Part shown: positions 1-9,655 of the stretch, piece by piece
How positions within the stretch are numbered: position 1 is the first letter of the stretch
How the letters are laid out: each line of letters opens with the position of its first letter
DNA from: an uncultured Chloroflexia bacterium
GTDB taxonomy: Bacteria; Chloroflexota; Limnocylindria; Limnocylindrales; CSP1-4
Assembly: GCA_963828165.1 (NCBI GenBank)
Contig: CAWHDR010000001.1
Coordinates: 2,656,001-2,720,000 of the forward strand
Direction: 5' to 3'
Length of the DNA stretch: 64,000 bases
Position numbers and translations under genes: made by a program
Notes under the pieces: model-generated
Databases searched by the model: none
What the model was told of the DNA's origin: nothing
Seen by the model: only the letters and a program-made list of their open reading frames with translations

Positions 1-548
1 AAGACCCCGACGGGCAGCGCACTCCGCTCGAGGTCGCCGGCGATCACCGGGGAGAGCTGCTCGCCCGTGAGGCGCACCGGGAGGCCGAGACCGTCGGGCT
101 CGAAGGTCTGCCAGGCGCGTGGGAACAGCGCGTGGTAGGTGCCGCCGTCCACGGGCAGGTCCCATCCCCAGGCCGGCAGGTGCTCGGGCCGGTGCGCGGA
201 CAGCACGATCGCGCGGCCGCCGCGATCCGCGTCGCCTACCCGTTCCGCGTCGCCCGCCGGCGCGACGTAGAGCGAGAAGCCATCGGCCGCAACGGGCTCG
301 AATCGGTGCTGCCCGACATCGAGATGCCACCGCGCCACATCGCCACGGAACGTCCGCCCGATGCTCCCCGTTCCCAGACCGCCGATCGGAATCCCGGCCC
401 ATTCGCCGTCATCCACCATCGGCCCCTCGACGCGCGGGTGCCCGACGTCCGGGCAGGGGACGCCGATCCCGCGACGCCACGCCTGGCGCGGGATGCTGGG
501 CCACCCGAGATCCGCCCCGGGTCCAGCCGGGCGGATCGTGCTCGTCAC
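1..548 (-). CDS. GH116 family glycoside hydrolase (GBA2-like beta-glucosidase), N-terminal part; runs off the window
   Basis: Manual translation from GTG at 548, which overlaps the permease stop (GTGA): ...GIPIGGLGTGSIGRTFRGDVARWHL...YHALFPRAW...EQLSPVIAGDLERSALPVGVF. This matches GH116 N-domain motifs. Not in the ORF track. Confidence 0.8.
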   Translation of the reverse strand, partial: MTSTIRPAGPGADLGWPSIPRQAWRRGIGVPCPDVGHPRVEGPMVDDGEWAGIPIGGLGTGSIGRTFRGDVARWHLDVGQHRFEPVAADGFSLYVAPAGDAERVGDADRGGRAIVLSAHRPEHLPAWGWDLPVDGGTYHALFPRAWQTFEPDGLGLPVRLTGEQLSPVIAGDLERSALPVGV

Positions 549-1624
549 TTGTCGACGCCGGTGACGACGACCCCGCGCATGAAGGCACGCTGCGAGAGGA
601 AGAACACGACGACCGGGACCGCGATCGCCAGGATCGCGCTCGCCTGGACCAACGGCGGCCGGGTCACGTACAGCGAGGCGAACTTCTGCATGCCGAGCGA
701 CAGCGGCCACAGGTCCGGGTTGCCGCCGACGTACACGAGGGACAGCAGGAACTCGTTCCAGGCGAAGAAGAAGTGGAACAGCGTGACGGCCACGATGGCC
801 GGGATCGCCTGGGGAACGATGACCGAGCGCAGGATCCGGAACGGGCCCGCGCCGTCGATCATCGCGGCCTCGTCCAGGTCGCGCGGGATCGTCAGGAAGT
901 ACTGGCGGAGCAGGAAGACGTTGTAGGCGTTGGCGAAGAAGTGCGGGACGATCAGGGGCAGCCAGGTGTCGGTCCAGCCGATCCGGGTGAACAGGATGTA
1001 CGTCGGCACCAGCGTGACCTGCGAGCTGAGCATGATCGTGGCCAGCAGGATCAGGAACAGCGGGCCACGACCGGGGAACCGGAACCGGCTGAAGCCGTAG
1101 GCAACGGCGATCGCGGATCCGACCGCACCGATCGTGCTCACGACCGCGATGATCGCGGTGTTCCGGAGCAGCTTCGGGAACTCGATCTGCTCCCAGGCCA
1201 GCGCGAAGTTCTCGACCTTCGGGTCGAAGTCCCAGGCGGGGGTGAGGGTGCGCCAGCGGCCCTGCCACACGAACGTCCCGGCGCCCGGATCGGCGGGATC
1301 GATCATGAGCGACGACTCCCGCCCCTTCTCGACGATCGCCAGCTGGCGTGTCGTGCCATCGATCGGCACGGCGTAGATCGGCAGCGCCTCGCCCCCGTGC
1401 TCGAAGGTGCGTGGCGACGCCGGGTAGAGCGGCGCGCCCGGGTCTGCGACCTGGGCCTGGTCCTTGAACGCCGTGAGGGTCATGTAGGCGAGCGGCATCA
1501 GGAACGCCGACAGGAGGGCCACGGCCACGAGGAACATCCCGGCCCGGCCCGTGAAGCCACGCATCGAACGGCGAAGCGGCCCGGCCGTCGCGTAGGTGGT
1601 GCGAGGGGCTGCCGTCGCGGTCAT
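545..1624 (-). CDS. carbohydrate ABC transporter permease (MalG-like)
   Basis: EAA motif (LDEAAMIDGAG), transmembrane segments, HFFFAWNEF. Confidence 0.92.
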   Translation of the reverse strand: MTATAAPRTTYATAGPLRRSMRGFTGRAGMFLVAVALLSAFLMPLAYMTLTAFKDQAQVADPGAPLYPASPRTFEHGGEALPIYAVPIDGTTRQLAIVEKGRESSLMIDPADPGAGTFVWQGRWRTLTPAWDFDPKVENFALAWEQIEFPKLLRNTAIIAVVSTIGAVGSAIAVAYGFSRFRFPGRGPLFLILLATIMLSSQVTLVPTYILFTRIGWTDTWLPLIVPHFFANAYNVFLLRQYFLTIPRDLDEAAMIDGAGPFRILRSVIVPQAIPAIVAVTLFHFFFAWNEFLLSLVYVGGNPDLWPLSLGMQKFASLYVTRPPLVQASAILAIAVPVVVFFLSQRAFMRGVVVTGVDK

Positions 1625-2577
1625 CGCCGCTCACCCGCGTAGAACACCCAGCGGCTCGATGACCAGAACAGCACCATCGCGAGCGCGAGGACGATCAGGA
1701 AGAGGACCCATGCGAGTGCGGATGCATAGCCGAGCTGGTTGAACGAGAAGGCTTCGCGGTAGAGGTTGACGTTGTAGAAGAGCGTCGAATCGTCCGGCTG
1801 GCCGTTCTTGAGCACATAGGCCTGGATGAAGTACTGCGACACGCCGACGCAGCTGATGAGCAGGCTGTAGAACAGGACCGGGCTGAGGAGCGGCAGGGTG
1901 ATCCGTCGGAAGGTGGTCCAGTGGCCCGCTCCGTCGACCTTCGCCGCGTCGTACAGCTCGGTGGGGACGCTCTGGAGGCCCGCCAGCGCGATGAGCATCA
2001 GGGCGCCGATCCCCCACAGGCCGATGACCCCCAGGGAGGGGAGGACCCAGAACGGATCCTGGAGCCAGTCCGGACCCGCGACGCCCACGGCCCCGAGGAT
2101 GCCGTTCATCCAGCCGGTCTCCGCGTTCAGGACGCCGGCCCAGATCAGGGTGCTCGCCACGAGCGGGATCTGGGTGGGCATGTAGAACAGGGTGCGGAAG
2201 CCGCGGCGACCGGTGAGTCGGGGCGAATTGAGGAGGACGGCCAGGCCCACCGACAGGGCGATGGTCGCGGGGACGGTCAGGATGGCGAAGCGCAGCGTGA
2301 CGCCGATCGACTCGGCGACGTGTGGATCGCTGAGCATCCTGACGTAGTTGTCCAGGCCGACGAACCGCACCGCTTCGGGTCGGCGCAGGTCGAAATCCGT
2401 CAGGCTGAAGTAGAGGGCCAAGGCCATCGGGATCATCGTGAACAGGACGAACCCGACGATCCACGGCGAGATGAAGGTGTAGCCCCAGGCGGCCTCGCGC
2501 CGGGCGGCGGTCCAGCGCCAGCGCGGCTGCGGGATGGCGGTCTCGGGGAGCGCTGAGGCGTCGGGCCGGCCGGTCAT
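1621..2577 (-). CDS. carbohydrate ABC transporter permease (MalF-like)
   Basis: FVGLDNY, ELYDAAKVDGAG, ITLPLLSP, GYASALAW. Confidence 0.92.
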   Translation of the reverse strand: MTGRPDASALPETAIPQPRWRWTAARREAAWGYTFISPWIVGFVLFTMIPMALALYFSLTDFDLRRPEAVRFVGLDNYVRMLSDPHVAESIGVTLRFAILTVPATIALSVGLAVLLNSPRLTGRRGFRTLFYMPTQIPLVASTLIWAGVLNAETGWMNGILGAVGVAGPDWLQDPFWVLPSLGVIGLWGIGALMLIALAGLQSVPTELYDAAKVDGAGHWTTFRRITLPLLSPVLFYSLLISCVGVSQYFIQAYVLKNGQPDDSTLFYNVNLYREAFSFNQLGYASALAWVLFLIVLALAMVLFWSSSRWVFYAGERR

Positions 2578-2606
2578 CTGGGGCCTCGCAGGTCGTCTGA
2601 GTGAGT

Positions 2607-2639
2607 GGGAGCGCGCCGGAGGAGATGCGGCGCGCTCCC
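2607..2639. terminator. intercistronic stem-loop after the solute-binding protein gene (mRNA stabiliser or partial terminator)
   Basis: 12-bp perfect inverted repeat GGGAGCGCGCCG-N9-CGGCGCGCTCCC. Confidence 0.55.
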
Positions 2640-2656
2640 GGGTGTTCTCGGGGTGG

Positions 2657-4129
2657 CTACGGTGCCTGGTCGTACAGGCCTTGCAGCTCTGCCTGGAAGT
2701 TCTGGGCTTCGGCGGCCACGTCGAGGTCGCCGCTGCCGATGAGCGTGGCTTGCAGAGCCTTCACGGCCGCATCCGACTTGAGGAAGTTCGGCATGTCGGC
2801 TTCATGGCTTGGTACGTCGGGATACGCCAGCATGTCGAGCGCGACCTGCCAGTCGATCTTGTTCGGTGCGAATCGCTCGTCGAGCGCCGCGAAGAACGCA
2901 TCCTGCTTGCTCTTGACCGCGGGGAGTGCCCCGTAGCGTGCGATGAGCGTGTCGTTACCCAGCAGGTACTGCATGACCTCGAAGGCCTCGTCTGGATGGG
3001 CGGTCGACTTCATGATCCCGAAGGTGTCTGAATGGAGCTTGGCGGTCGTCGTCCCGTCATTGGACGGCGGGACCGCGATGTCGAAGTTCTTCGCCTGCGG
3101 TTCGCCATCTGCCGGCCACGCGCAGCACGTGTACCAGAGATGGACGAAGCTCATCGCGAGGTTACCGGACTGGAACGCGTTGTCGCTGTTCAGCAGCTCG
3201 GACGTGTTCTCGGCGCCGGACGGGATGAAGCCGTCCTTCCACATGCCGTCGTAGTACCACTGCCAGGCCGACACCCAGTTCTCGGGGACCTGAGCCTTGC
3301 CGTCATCGGCGACGAGCGATCCCGGCCCGAACTGCGTGCCCCAACCCCGCGGGTCGGTCCACTGCATGTAGTAGCCCCACTGTTCGGTGTTGTCCGCATC
3401 GAACGAGGCGCTGGTGGCGTCGTTGCCGCCCTTGTCCACGGTCAGCTTCTTGGCGAGCTCCGTCAGGGTCTCCCAGGTCCAGTCCTTGCCGTCGTACTGC
3501 TCACCGACCTTGTGCGGCGGCTCCGGCACCCCGGCCTCCTTGAAGAGGTCCTTGTTGTAGTAGATGAACGAGGGGTAGATCGCGAAGGGGATGCCGACCT
3601 GGCCGCCGAAGCCCTCGTTGTACGCGGACAGGATCGCCGGATCGATGTCGCTCAGGTCGTAGTTCGTCTTCTCGATGAACGGCTGCAGGTCGAGCAGCTG
3701 GTCGCCGTACGAGTAGAACCCGCGGAAACCCACCGGTCCGATGATGTCGGGCGGGTTGCCGGCCGCGATCTGCGTGCTGAGGATGTCGTAGGCGGTCGTG
3801 TTCTGGTAGATCTCGAGGCTGAGGGTGATCTTGTCCTGGGACTCGTTGAATGCCGTGACGACCGCCTGCTCGTCCGCGATCTGGTCCGGCTGGGCGCCCG
3901 TGCCCAGGCCGACGAACCAGCGGATCAGGACCTTGCCGTCGGCCGTGAGGCCGCCCTCACCGGTCGCGACGGGTTCCGGTGTGACGGCGACGACGCTGGG
4001 GGCCGCCGAGGCGGCGGGCGCCACGCTGCTGGGGGCTGACGGCGTGGCGCCGCCGCAGGCGGCTGCGATGAGACTGATCACGCTCGCCAACACGGCGAGC
4101 CGCCCAGATCGGGCCTGGCGAGGATCCAT
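2657..4129 (-). CDS. sugar ABC transporter substrate-binding lipoprotein
   Basis: GAGGAGG RBS before ATG 4129; lipobox IAAAC; Ser/Pro/Ala linker; IYYNKDLF motif of family 1 solute-binding proteins. Confidence 0.92.
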   Translation of the reverse strand: MDPRQARSGRLAVLASVISLIAAACGGATPSAPSSVAPAASAAPSVVAVTPEPVATGEGGLTADGKVLIRWFVGLGTGAQPDQIADEQAVVTAFNESQDKITLSLEIYQNTTAYDILSTQIAAGNPPDIIGPVGFRGFYSYGDQLLDLQPFIEKTNYDLSDIDPAILSAYNEGFGGQVGIPFAIYPSFIYYNKDLFKEAGVPEPPHKVGEQYDGKDWTWETLTELAKKLTVDKGGNDATSASFDADNTEQWGYYMQWTDPRGWGTQFGPGSLVADDGKAQVPENWVSAWQWYYDGMWKDGFIPSGAENTSELLNSDNAFQSGNLAMSFVHLWYTCCAWPADGEPQAKNFDIAVPPSNDGTTTAKLHSDTFGIMKSTAHPDEAFEVMQYLLGNDTLIARYGALPAVKSKQDAFFAALDERFAPNKIDWQVALDMLAYPDVPSHEADMPNFLKSDAAVKALQATLIGSGDLDVAAEAQNFQAELQGLYDQAP

Positions 4130-4203
4130 CAAACGTTCCTCCTCCGGAATCTTTCGATCATCGGTTCCTTCATCATCGAATCGCTCGTTGCACACCGAGT
4201 CCC

Positions 4204-5256
4204 TCAGGGCATGGCCCTCCTCCCGCTCGAGGCGCGCCTGATCAGCTCGGTTGCCAGGACGATGTGGCGAGGGACGCGCTGTGCGTGCTCCACGTTCTCG
4301 GCGAGGAGATTGACCATCTCGCGACCCATCTCTTCGATCGGCTGGCGGATGCTGGTGAGGGCGGGACGTGTGGCCGTGGCGATCGGCGAGTCGTCGTACC
4401 CGACGACGGCGACGTCTTCCGGGACACGACGACCAGCCGACTGGAGGACACCGAGTGCGCCCACGGCCATCAGGTCCGATGCGCAGAAGACCGCGTCGAG
4501 GTCCGACGTGGTGGCGAGGAGCTGCTCCATCGCGCGCTCACCGCCGGCCTGGGTGAAGTCCCCGGTCGCGATGAGCGCCTCGTCGATCGGCATCTGCGCA
4601 TCGGCAAGACCATCGCGATAGCCAGCGAGCCGGTCGATGCCGGCGACCATGTCCCGCGGGCCGGTGATCGTGGCGATCCTCGTGCGGCCACTTTCGGCGA
4701 GATGGGCCGTCGCGCGCCGCGCCCCGTCCCGGTTGTCGGCGTCGACGTAGTTGACATCCACGCCCTTCGGCGGACGCGCCAGCACGACCAGGGGCACATT
4801 CCGGCTGGCGAGCTGCGTCGGGAGGGGGTCGTCGCCGTGGAGACTGACGAGGATGACGCCGTCCACGTGGCCGGCCGTCAGATATCGGACGGTGCGGCGC
4901 TCGTCGACCTCGTCGTCGGGCATCAGGAGGACGAGCTGCAGATCCCGAGCGGACAGTGCCGCGCTGACGCCGCGGATGAGGCGGGGAAAGAATGGATCGT
5001 TGAAGAGCCGGTGCGCCGGTTCCGTGATGACCACGGCGATCGACTCGCTGCGACGGGTGACGAGGCTGCGGGCCGCCCGGTTCGGGACGTACCCGAGTCG
5101 ATCGATGGCCTTCTCGACCGAGCGGCGAACGTCGGCGCTCACCTTGGGAGACCCGTTGACGACGCGCGAGACGGTGGCCCGGGACACGCCCGCCACCCGC
5201 GCGACCTCTTCCAGTGTCGCGACAGAGCGGGGGGTGGTGGTCTCGAGTTGCGTCAT
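4204..5256 (-). CDS. LacI family transcriptional regulator
   Basis: TLEEVARVAGVSRATVSRVVN HTH, YVPNRAARSL hinge, VPEDVAVVGYDD, LTSIRQP. Confidence 0.95.
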   Translation of the reverse strand: MTQLETTTPRSVATLEEVARVAGVSRATVSRVVNGSPKVSADVRRSVEKAIDRLGYVPNRAARSLVTRRSESIAVVITEPAHRLFNDPFFPRLIRGVSAALSARDLQLVLLMPDDEVDERRTVRYLTAGHVDGVILVSLHGDDPLPTQLASRNVPLVVLARPPKGVDVNYVDADNRDGARRATAHLAESGRTRIATITGPRDMVAGIDRLAGYRDGLADAQMPIDEALIATGDFTQAGGERAMEQLLATTSDLDAVFCASDLMAVGALGVLQSAGRRVPEDVAVVGYDDSPIATATRPALTSIRQPIEEMGREMVNLLAENVEHAQRVPRHIVLATELIRRASSGRRAMP

Positions 5257-5283
5257 CGTCAATCAGCTCGTTCGGTCGGGGTT

Positions 5284-5299
5284 GTGAGAGCGCTCTCAC
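5284..5299. promoter_or_regulatory. LacI-type operator GTGAGAGCGCTCTCAC
   Basis: Perfect 16-bp palindrome with AGCGCT core upstream of the LacI gene; a second imperfect copy (AGAGAGCGCTTACA) lies at about 5331-5344. Confidence 0.8.
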
Positions 5300-5430
5300 G
5301 TTCCGAGACGCACCATAACACCCATTGTCAAGAGAGCGCTTACAACTCGCGCCGGACCGCGTGCAGCCCTCTGGTGGTCGTGGGTGCGACCGCCCACGCG
5401 CGGCCGGCGGCCGTATGCGAGACTCCCCCC

Positions 5431-6927
5431 ATGGCCATCGGGACAACCACGGGCGAGGCCGCTGCGGTGGCGCGTGACCGTTACGAAGCCGTCATCGGCA
5501 TCGAGGTCCACTGCCAGCTGCGGACGGCCTCGAAGATGTTCTGCCCCTGCTCGACGGCGTACGACGGCGCTGCCCCGAACAGCCACGTCTGCCCGGTCTG
5601 CCTGGGCCTGCCGGGCGCGCTGCCGGTCATCAACCGCCGGGCCGTGGAGCATGTCCTGGCGACCGGCCTCGCGATCGAGGCCACGACGCCGGACGCCACG
5701 CGCTGGGACCGCAAGAACTACTTCTATCCGGACCTGCCCAAGGGCTACCAGATCAGCCAGTACGACCTGCCGCTCGCCTCGGCCGGCCGTCTGGCGATCG
5801 AGACGTCGGCGGGCGCGTTCACCGTCGGGATCACGCGCGCGCACCTCGAGGAGGACACCGCGAAGCTCGTCCACGCCACGGATGCGGACGGACGCAAGGT
5901 GAGCCTCGTCGACTTCAACCGGTCCGGCGCGCCGCTGATGGAGATCGTGACCGATCCCGATATCCGCACGGCCGAGCAGGCCCGACGCTACGCCGAGGAG
6001 CTGCAGCTGCTCCTGCGTACGATCGGCGCGTCGGACGCCGACATGGAACGGGGCCAGCTGCGGGTCGAGGCGAACGTGTCGCTGCGCGAGCGCGGCACGG
6101 AGGCATTCGGGACCCGGGTCGAGGTCAAGAACATGAACTCGTTCCGTTCGGTCGAGCGGGCGATCGAATACGAGATCGACCGTCAGGCGGCCGCGCTCGA
6201 TGCCTCGGAGTCACTCGCTCAGGAGACGCGCGGCTGGTCCGACGACCGCGGCGAGACGTACCGGATGCGCTCGAAGGAGACCTCCGACGACTACCGCTAC
6301 TTCCCCGAGCCGGACCTCCCGCCCCTCCACGTGGATCCGTCCTGGCTGGAGGAACTGCGGGCTGGCCTGCCGGAGTTGCCGGCGGCGCGCCGGACCCGGT
6401 ACGGGGCGTCGTTGGGCCTCGGGCCGTATGACGCCGGGGTCCTCACGTCCGATCGCGATGCGACGGCGCTGTTCGAAGCGACCCTGGCCGCCGATCCGTC
6501 ACTCCCGGCCAAGTCGGTCGCGAACTGGGTCACGGGGGAGTACCTGCGTCTGCGCAACACCGCTGTCGCGGACGCCACCGTGCACGTCGCCGCGGCCGAG
6601 CTCGCGGCGATCGTGCGGGCCGTCGAAGCGGGCACGATCTCCCGCGCGAACGCCAAGGAGGTGTTCGAAGCCCACGTCGGTACCGGCGAGGCGGCGGCGG
6701 CCATCATCGCGGACCGCGGGTTCCGCCAGATCACCGACACGGATGCCGTCGGCGCGGCCGTGGACGACGTCATCGCGGCCAACCCGGCCGCGGTCGCCGA
6801 CTACCGGGCCGGCAAGGTCCAGGCGGTCGGCTTCCTCGTGGGCCAGGTGATGAAGGCGACGCGTGGCCAGGCCAACGCGGGCCTGGTCCAGGCCGCCGTC
6901 CGAGAGCGCCTCGACCGCACGGAGTAG
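5431..6927 (+). CDS. gatB: Asp-tRNA(Asn)/Glu-tRNA(Gln) amidotransferase subunit B
   Basis: YEAVIGIEVHCQL, CPVCLGLPGALP, RKNYFYPDLPKGYQISQ, VEVKNMNS, DYRYFPEPDLPP; the ORF-track start at 4264 is an antisense shadow of lacI. Confidence 0.97.
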   Translation: MAIGTTTGEAAAVARDRYEAVIGIEVHCQLRTASKMFCPCSTAYDGAAPNSHVCPVCLGLPGALPVINRRAVEHVLATGLAIEATTPDATRWDRKNYFYPDLPKGYQISQYDLPLASAGRLAIETSAGAFTVGITRAHLEEDTAKLVHATDADGRKVSLVDFNRSGAPLMEIVTDPDIRTAEQARRYAEELQLLLRTIGASDADMERGQLRVEANVSLRERGTEAFGTRVEVKNMNSFRSVERAIEYEIDRQAAALDASESLAQETRGWSDDRGETYRMRSKETSDDYRYFPEPDLPPLHVDPSWLEELRAGLPELPAARRTRYGASLGLGPYDAGVLTSDRDATALFEATLAADPSLPAKSVANWVTGEYLRLRNTAVADATVHVAAAELAAIVRAVEAGTISRANAKEVFEAHVGTGEAAAAIIADRGFRQITDTDAVGAAVDDVIAANPAAVADYRAGKVQAVGFLVGQVMKATRGQANAGLVQAAVRERLDRTE

Positions 6928-6935
6928 GGGAGCGC

Positions 6936-7208
6936 ATGGGACCCATCAACCTGCTCCTGTGGGGCGCCGGCGTCGCGCTCGTGGCGATCGGCTACACGCG
7001 CGCCCGGGGACCATGGTCGCGCTATCAGGCGCTCAAGGCCCAGGATGAGAACGTGGCCCGCTACGAATCGTGGCGTGGCGGCCTCCGCAACCACGAGACG
7101 ACCGGGGCGGACGTGGCGATGGCCATGCTGCGGCGCCAGGCCCAGATGGCGGGAGCCATCGCGATCGTCGGGGTCGTGCTGATCTTCCTGGGGTTCTTCA
7201 TCCGCTGA
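6936..7208 (+). CDS. small two-transmembrane hypothetical membrane protein
   Basis: GGGGAG RBS; hydrophobic segments at both ends; directly follows gatB. Confidence 0.7.
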   Translation: MGPINLLLWGAGVALVAIGYTRARGPWSRYQALKAQDENVARYESWRGGLRNHETTGADVAMAMLRRQAQMAGAIAIVGVVLIFLGFFIR

Positions 7209-7373
7209 GAGAGCGCGTGCCCGGCGACATCCGTCCGTGATCGGGCTGGTTTTCGCGTCGCGACTCGGGCTGACGTCAGTCGATGCCTCGCTAGAATGGG
7301 TACGGGTCGACGGCCCTGGCCGCCAGCTGGCAGCCGCCCGCGACCACTCATCGGGATGGACTGGAGTGGGCGC

Positions 7374-8144
7374 GTGAGCACGATCGTCGACAAGAGCAGC
7401 ATCGGGCTGGGTGGCCGGCAGTTCCACATCGGGGTGGCCCCGGGCGAGGTCAGCACGGTCGTCCTGATGCCCGGCGACCCGTTCCGTGTCCCGCTGGTGG
7501 CCGAGTATCTGGACGACCCGGTCGATGTCGCGCACAAGCGGGAACACCGCACGATGAAGGGGACGTACCAGGGGCGCATGATCACGGTCACGTCCACGGG
7601 CATGGGCTGTCCGTCCACGGCCATCGCGGTCGAGGAGCTCGCCCGCGTCGGGGTCACCAGCTTCATCCGGGTGGGCAGCACGGGCGCCCTGCAGGAGGGC
7701 ATGGAGCCGGGTGACCTCGTCATCAGCCAGGGATCCTTTCGAAACGATGGCACGACCGATGCCTACGTGCCGAAGGGCTACCCGGCCGTGCCCGATCTCG
7801 AGATCACGCTCGAACTGGAGCGGGTCGCCCGGGAGCGCGCCCCGGCCCACGATCTCGCCGTCCACGTGGGACTCAACATCACCGACGACGCGTTCTACGC
7901 CGAGTCGCCGGAGTGGACCCAGCAGATGTCCGGTCTGGGCCTGCTCAACGTCGAGATGGAGTCGGCCGCGATGTTCGTCGTGGCGCGCCAGCGAGGGCTG
8001 CGCGCCGCGATGATCTGTGCGGTCTCGAGCAATCTCGTCGCCGGGACGAGCGTCTACGCCGAATCCGCGCACGAGCGCCTGGCCGTCGGCTGGCGCGCGA
8101 GTATCGAGACGGCGCTCGAGACGGCCGTCCGTCTCTCGCTCTAG
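7374..8144 (+). CDS. udp: nucleoside phosphorylase (uridine phosphorylase family, PNP_UDP_1)
   Basis: MPGDPFRV, STGMGCPSTAIAVEEL, IRVGSTGALQ, VEMESAA; GGAG RBS before GTG 7374. Confidence 0.85.
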   Translation: MSTIVDKSSIGLGGRQFHIGVAPGEVSTVVLMPGDPFRVPLVAEYLDDPVDVAHKREHRTMKGTYQGRMITVTSTGMGCPSTAIAVEELARVGVTSFIRVGSTGALQEGMEPGDLVISQGSFRNDGTTDAYVPKGYPAVPDLEITLELERVARERAPAHDLAVHVGLNITDDAFYAESPEWTQQMSGLGLLNVEMESAAMFVVARQRGLRAAMICAVSSNLVAGTSVYAESAHERLAVGWRASIETALETAVRLSL

Positions 8145-8193
8145 CCGCTCCACCGCCCGTCACCGCCCGCACCGATCGGAGGAGAGACGCCCC

Positions 8194-9162
8194 GTGGGCC
8201 TGAATCTGCACACGCATCTCGAGGGCTGGGTCCGACCGGCGACCGCGGCGGAGCTCGCCCGCGAGGCCGGTGTCGCGGAGCCCGCCGGAGGGTGGGACCG
8301 CGCCTTGCGCATGGTGTCTCCCGCGGACCTGACGGTCTACCTCGCCCACGTGGCGGCCGCCTACCCGGTCCTCGGATCGGCCGGGGGCCTGCGGCGCGTG
8401 GCGCGCGAGGCCGTGGAGGACGCCGCGGCCGACGGCTGCGACTACCTCGAGATCCGCTTCGGACCGTCCACGCACCAACGGTCCGGCTTCGACCTTGCGG
8501 CCGTCATCGCGGCGACCTGCGAAGGCCTCGCCGATGGGAGTCGCGCCACCGGCCTCCCGAGCGGACTCGTCGTCTGCCTGCTGCGCCACGACGACGACGA
8601 AACGAACCTGGCGGTCGCGCGGGCCGCCGCCGCTGCCGCCGGAGCCGGCGTCGTAGGCCTCGATGTCGCCGGCGACGAGCTCGTGTTCCCGTCGATCGCC
8701 CCGTATCGAGCGCCGTTCGCGGTCGCCGCGGCCGCCGGTCTGGGGCTGACCGCCCACGCAGCGGAGGCGGGTCCGGCGGAGAGCGTCATCGAAGCGGTCG
8801 AGGGACTCGGCGTGACCCGGATCGGGCATGGCTCGCGCGCGGCCGACGATCCGGCCATCCTGGCCTGGGCTGCCGATCACGGCGTCACCTTCGAGGTCTG
8901 CCCGACCTCGAACGTGCTCACCGGGGCGGCGCGGTCGGTTCGTGAGCATCCACTCCACGCCTTCCTGGCGGCGGGCTGCCAGGTCGTGCTGGGCGATGAC
9001 GATCCGGTCACGACCGGAAGCACGCTCGCGGCCGAGGCGCGTCTCCTCATGACGGATGGTGGCCTGAGCGACGAGCAGGTCAGCGCCATGCACCGCACGG
9101 CGTGCGAGGTCGTGTTCACTGACGCCTCGACGCGGGAGCTCCTGCGCGGACGGTTCGCCTAG
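8194..9162 (+). CDS. add: adenosine deaminase family protein
   Basis: LHTHLEG, YLEIRFGP, GLDVAGDE, TAHAAE, RIGHG, EVCPTSN, DDP; GGAGG RBS. Confidence 0.85.
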   Translation: MGLNLHTHLEGWVRPATAAELAREAGVAEPAGGWDRALRMVSPADLTVYLAHVAAAYPVLGSAGGLRRVAREAVEDAAADGCDYLEIRFGPSTHQRSGFDLAAVIAATCEGLADGSRATGLPSGLVVCLLRHDDDETNLAVARAAAAAAGAGVVGLDVAGDELVFPSIAPYRAPFAVAAAAGLGLTAHAAEAGPAESVIEAVEGLGVTRIGHGSRAADDPAILAWAADHGVTFEVCPTSNVLTGAARSVREHPLHAFLAAGCQVVLGDDDPVTTGSTLAAEARLLMTDGGLSDEQVSAMHRTACEVVFTDASTRELLRGRFA

Positions 9163-9632
9163 CGGCGTCCGGCGAGGCGTCGCCACTCGATCGCGGTACA
9201 GCGGTCCATCACGACCGACAGGCCGGCGTTCGCGCCGATCGCGGCCGCCTCCCAGTTCACGACGCCGAGCTGGAGCCAGAGACACGACGCGCCCGCCTCG
9301 ACGGCCTCCTTGGCGTGCGGCACGCACAGCTCCGAGCGGCGGAACACATCGACCATGTCGAACGGGCCCGTGGCCTCGACCGCCGCGGCGAGTGTCTCGA
9401 ACGCGCGAACTCCGAGGACGTCGCGTTCGTTCGGGTTCACCGGTACGCAGTCGAAATCGTTGTCGAGCAAGTAGCGGAACACCCCGAATGACGGTCGGCC
9501 GGGGTCGGACGAGGCGCCGATCACGGCGATCCGGCGGGTCGCTCGCAGGACGACCTCGATGCCGGCGTCGTCGAGGAGCCGGACGGAGCCGCGTCCTTCC
9601 TGCAGGTCGAGGAACGCCCGCGTCCTGGCCAT
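9159..9632 (-). CDS. CoA-binding protein (YccU/CoA_binding_2-like)
   Basis: IAVIGASSDPGRPS, PVNP, DMVDVFRRS, LWLQLGV, VVMDRC. Confidence 0.88.
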   Translation of the reverse strand: MARTRAFLDLQEGRGSVRLLDDAGIEVVLRATRRIAVIGASSDPGRPSFGVFRYLLDNDFDCVPVNPNERDVLGVRAFETLAAAVEATGPFDMVDVFRRSELCVPHAKEAVEAGASCLWLQLGVVNWEAAAIGANAGLSVVMDRCTAIEWRRLAGRR

Positions 9633-9655
9633 CGCCAGCGGATCCTTGCTGCTCG

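Noticed and set aside
4264-5430. Long N-terminal extension of GatB
   Set aside because: It is antisense to lacI; the true start is ATG 5431, preceded by a -10-like element.
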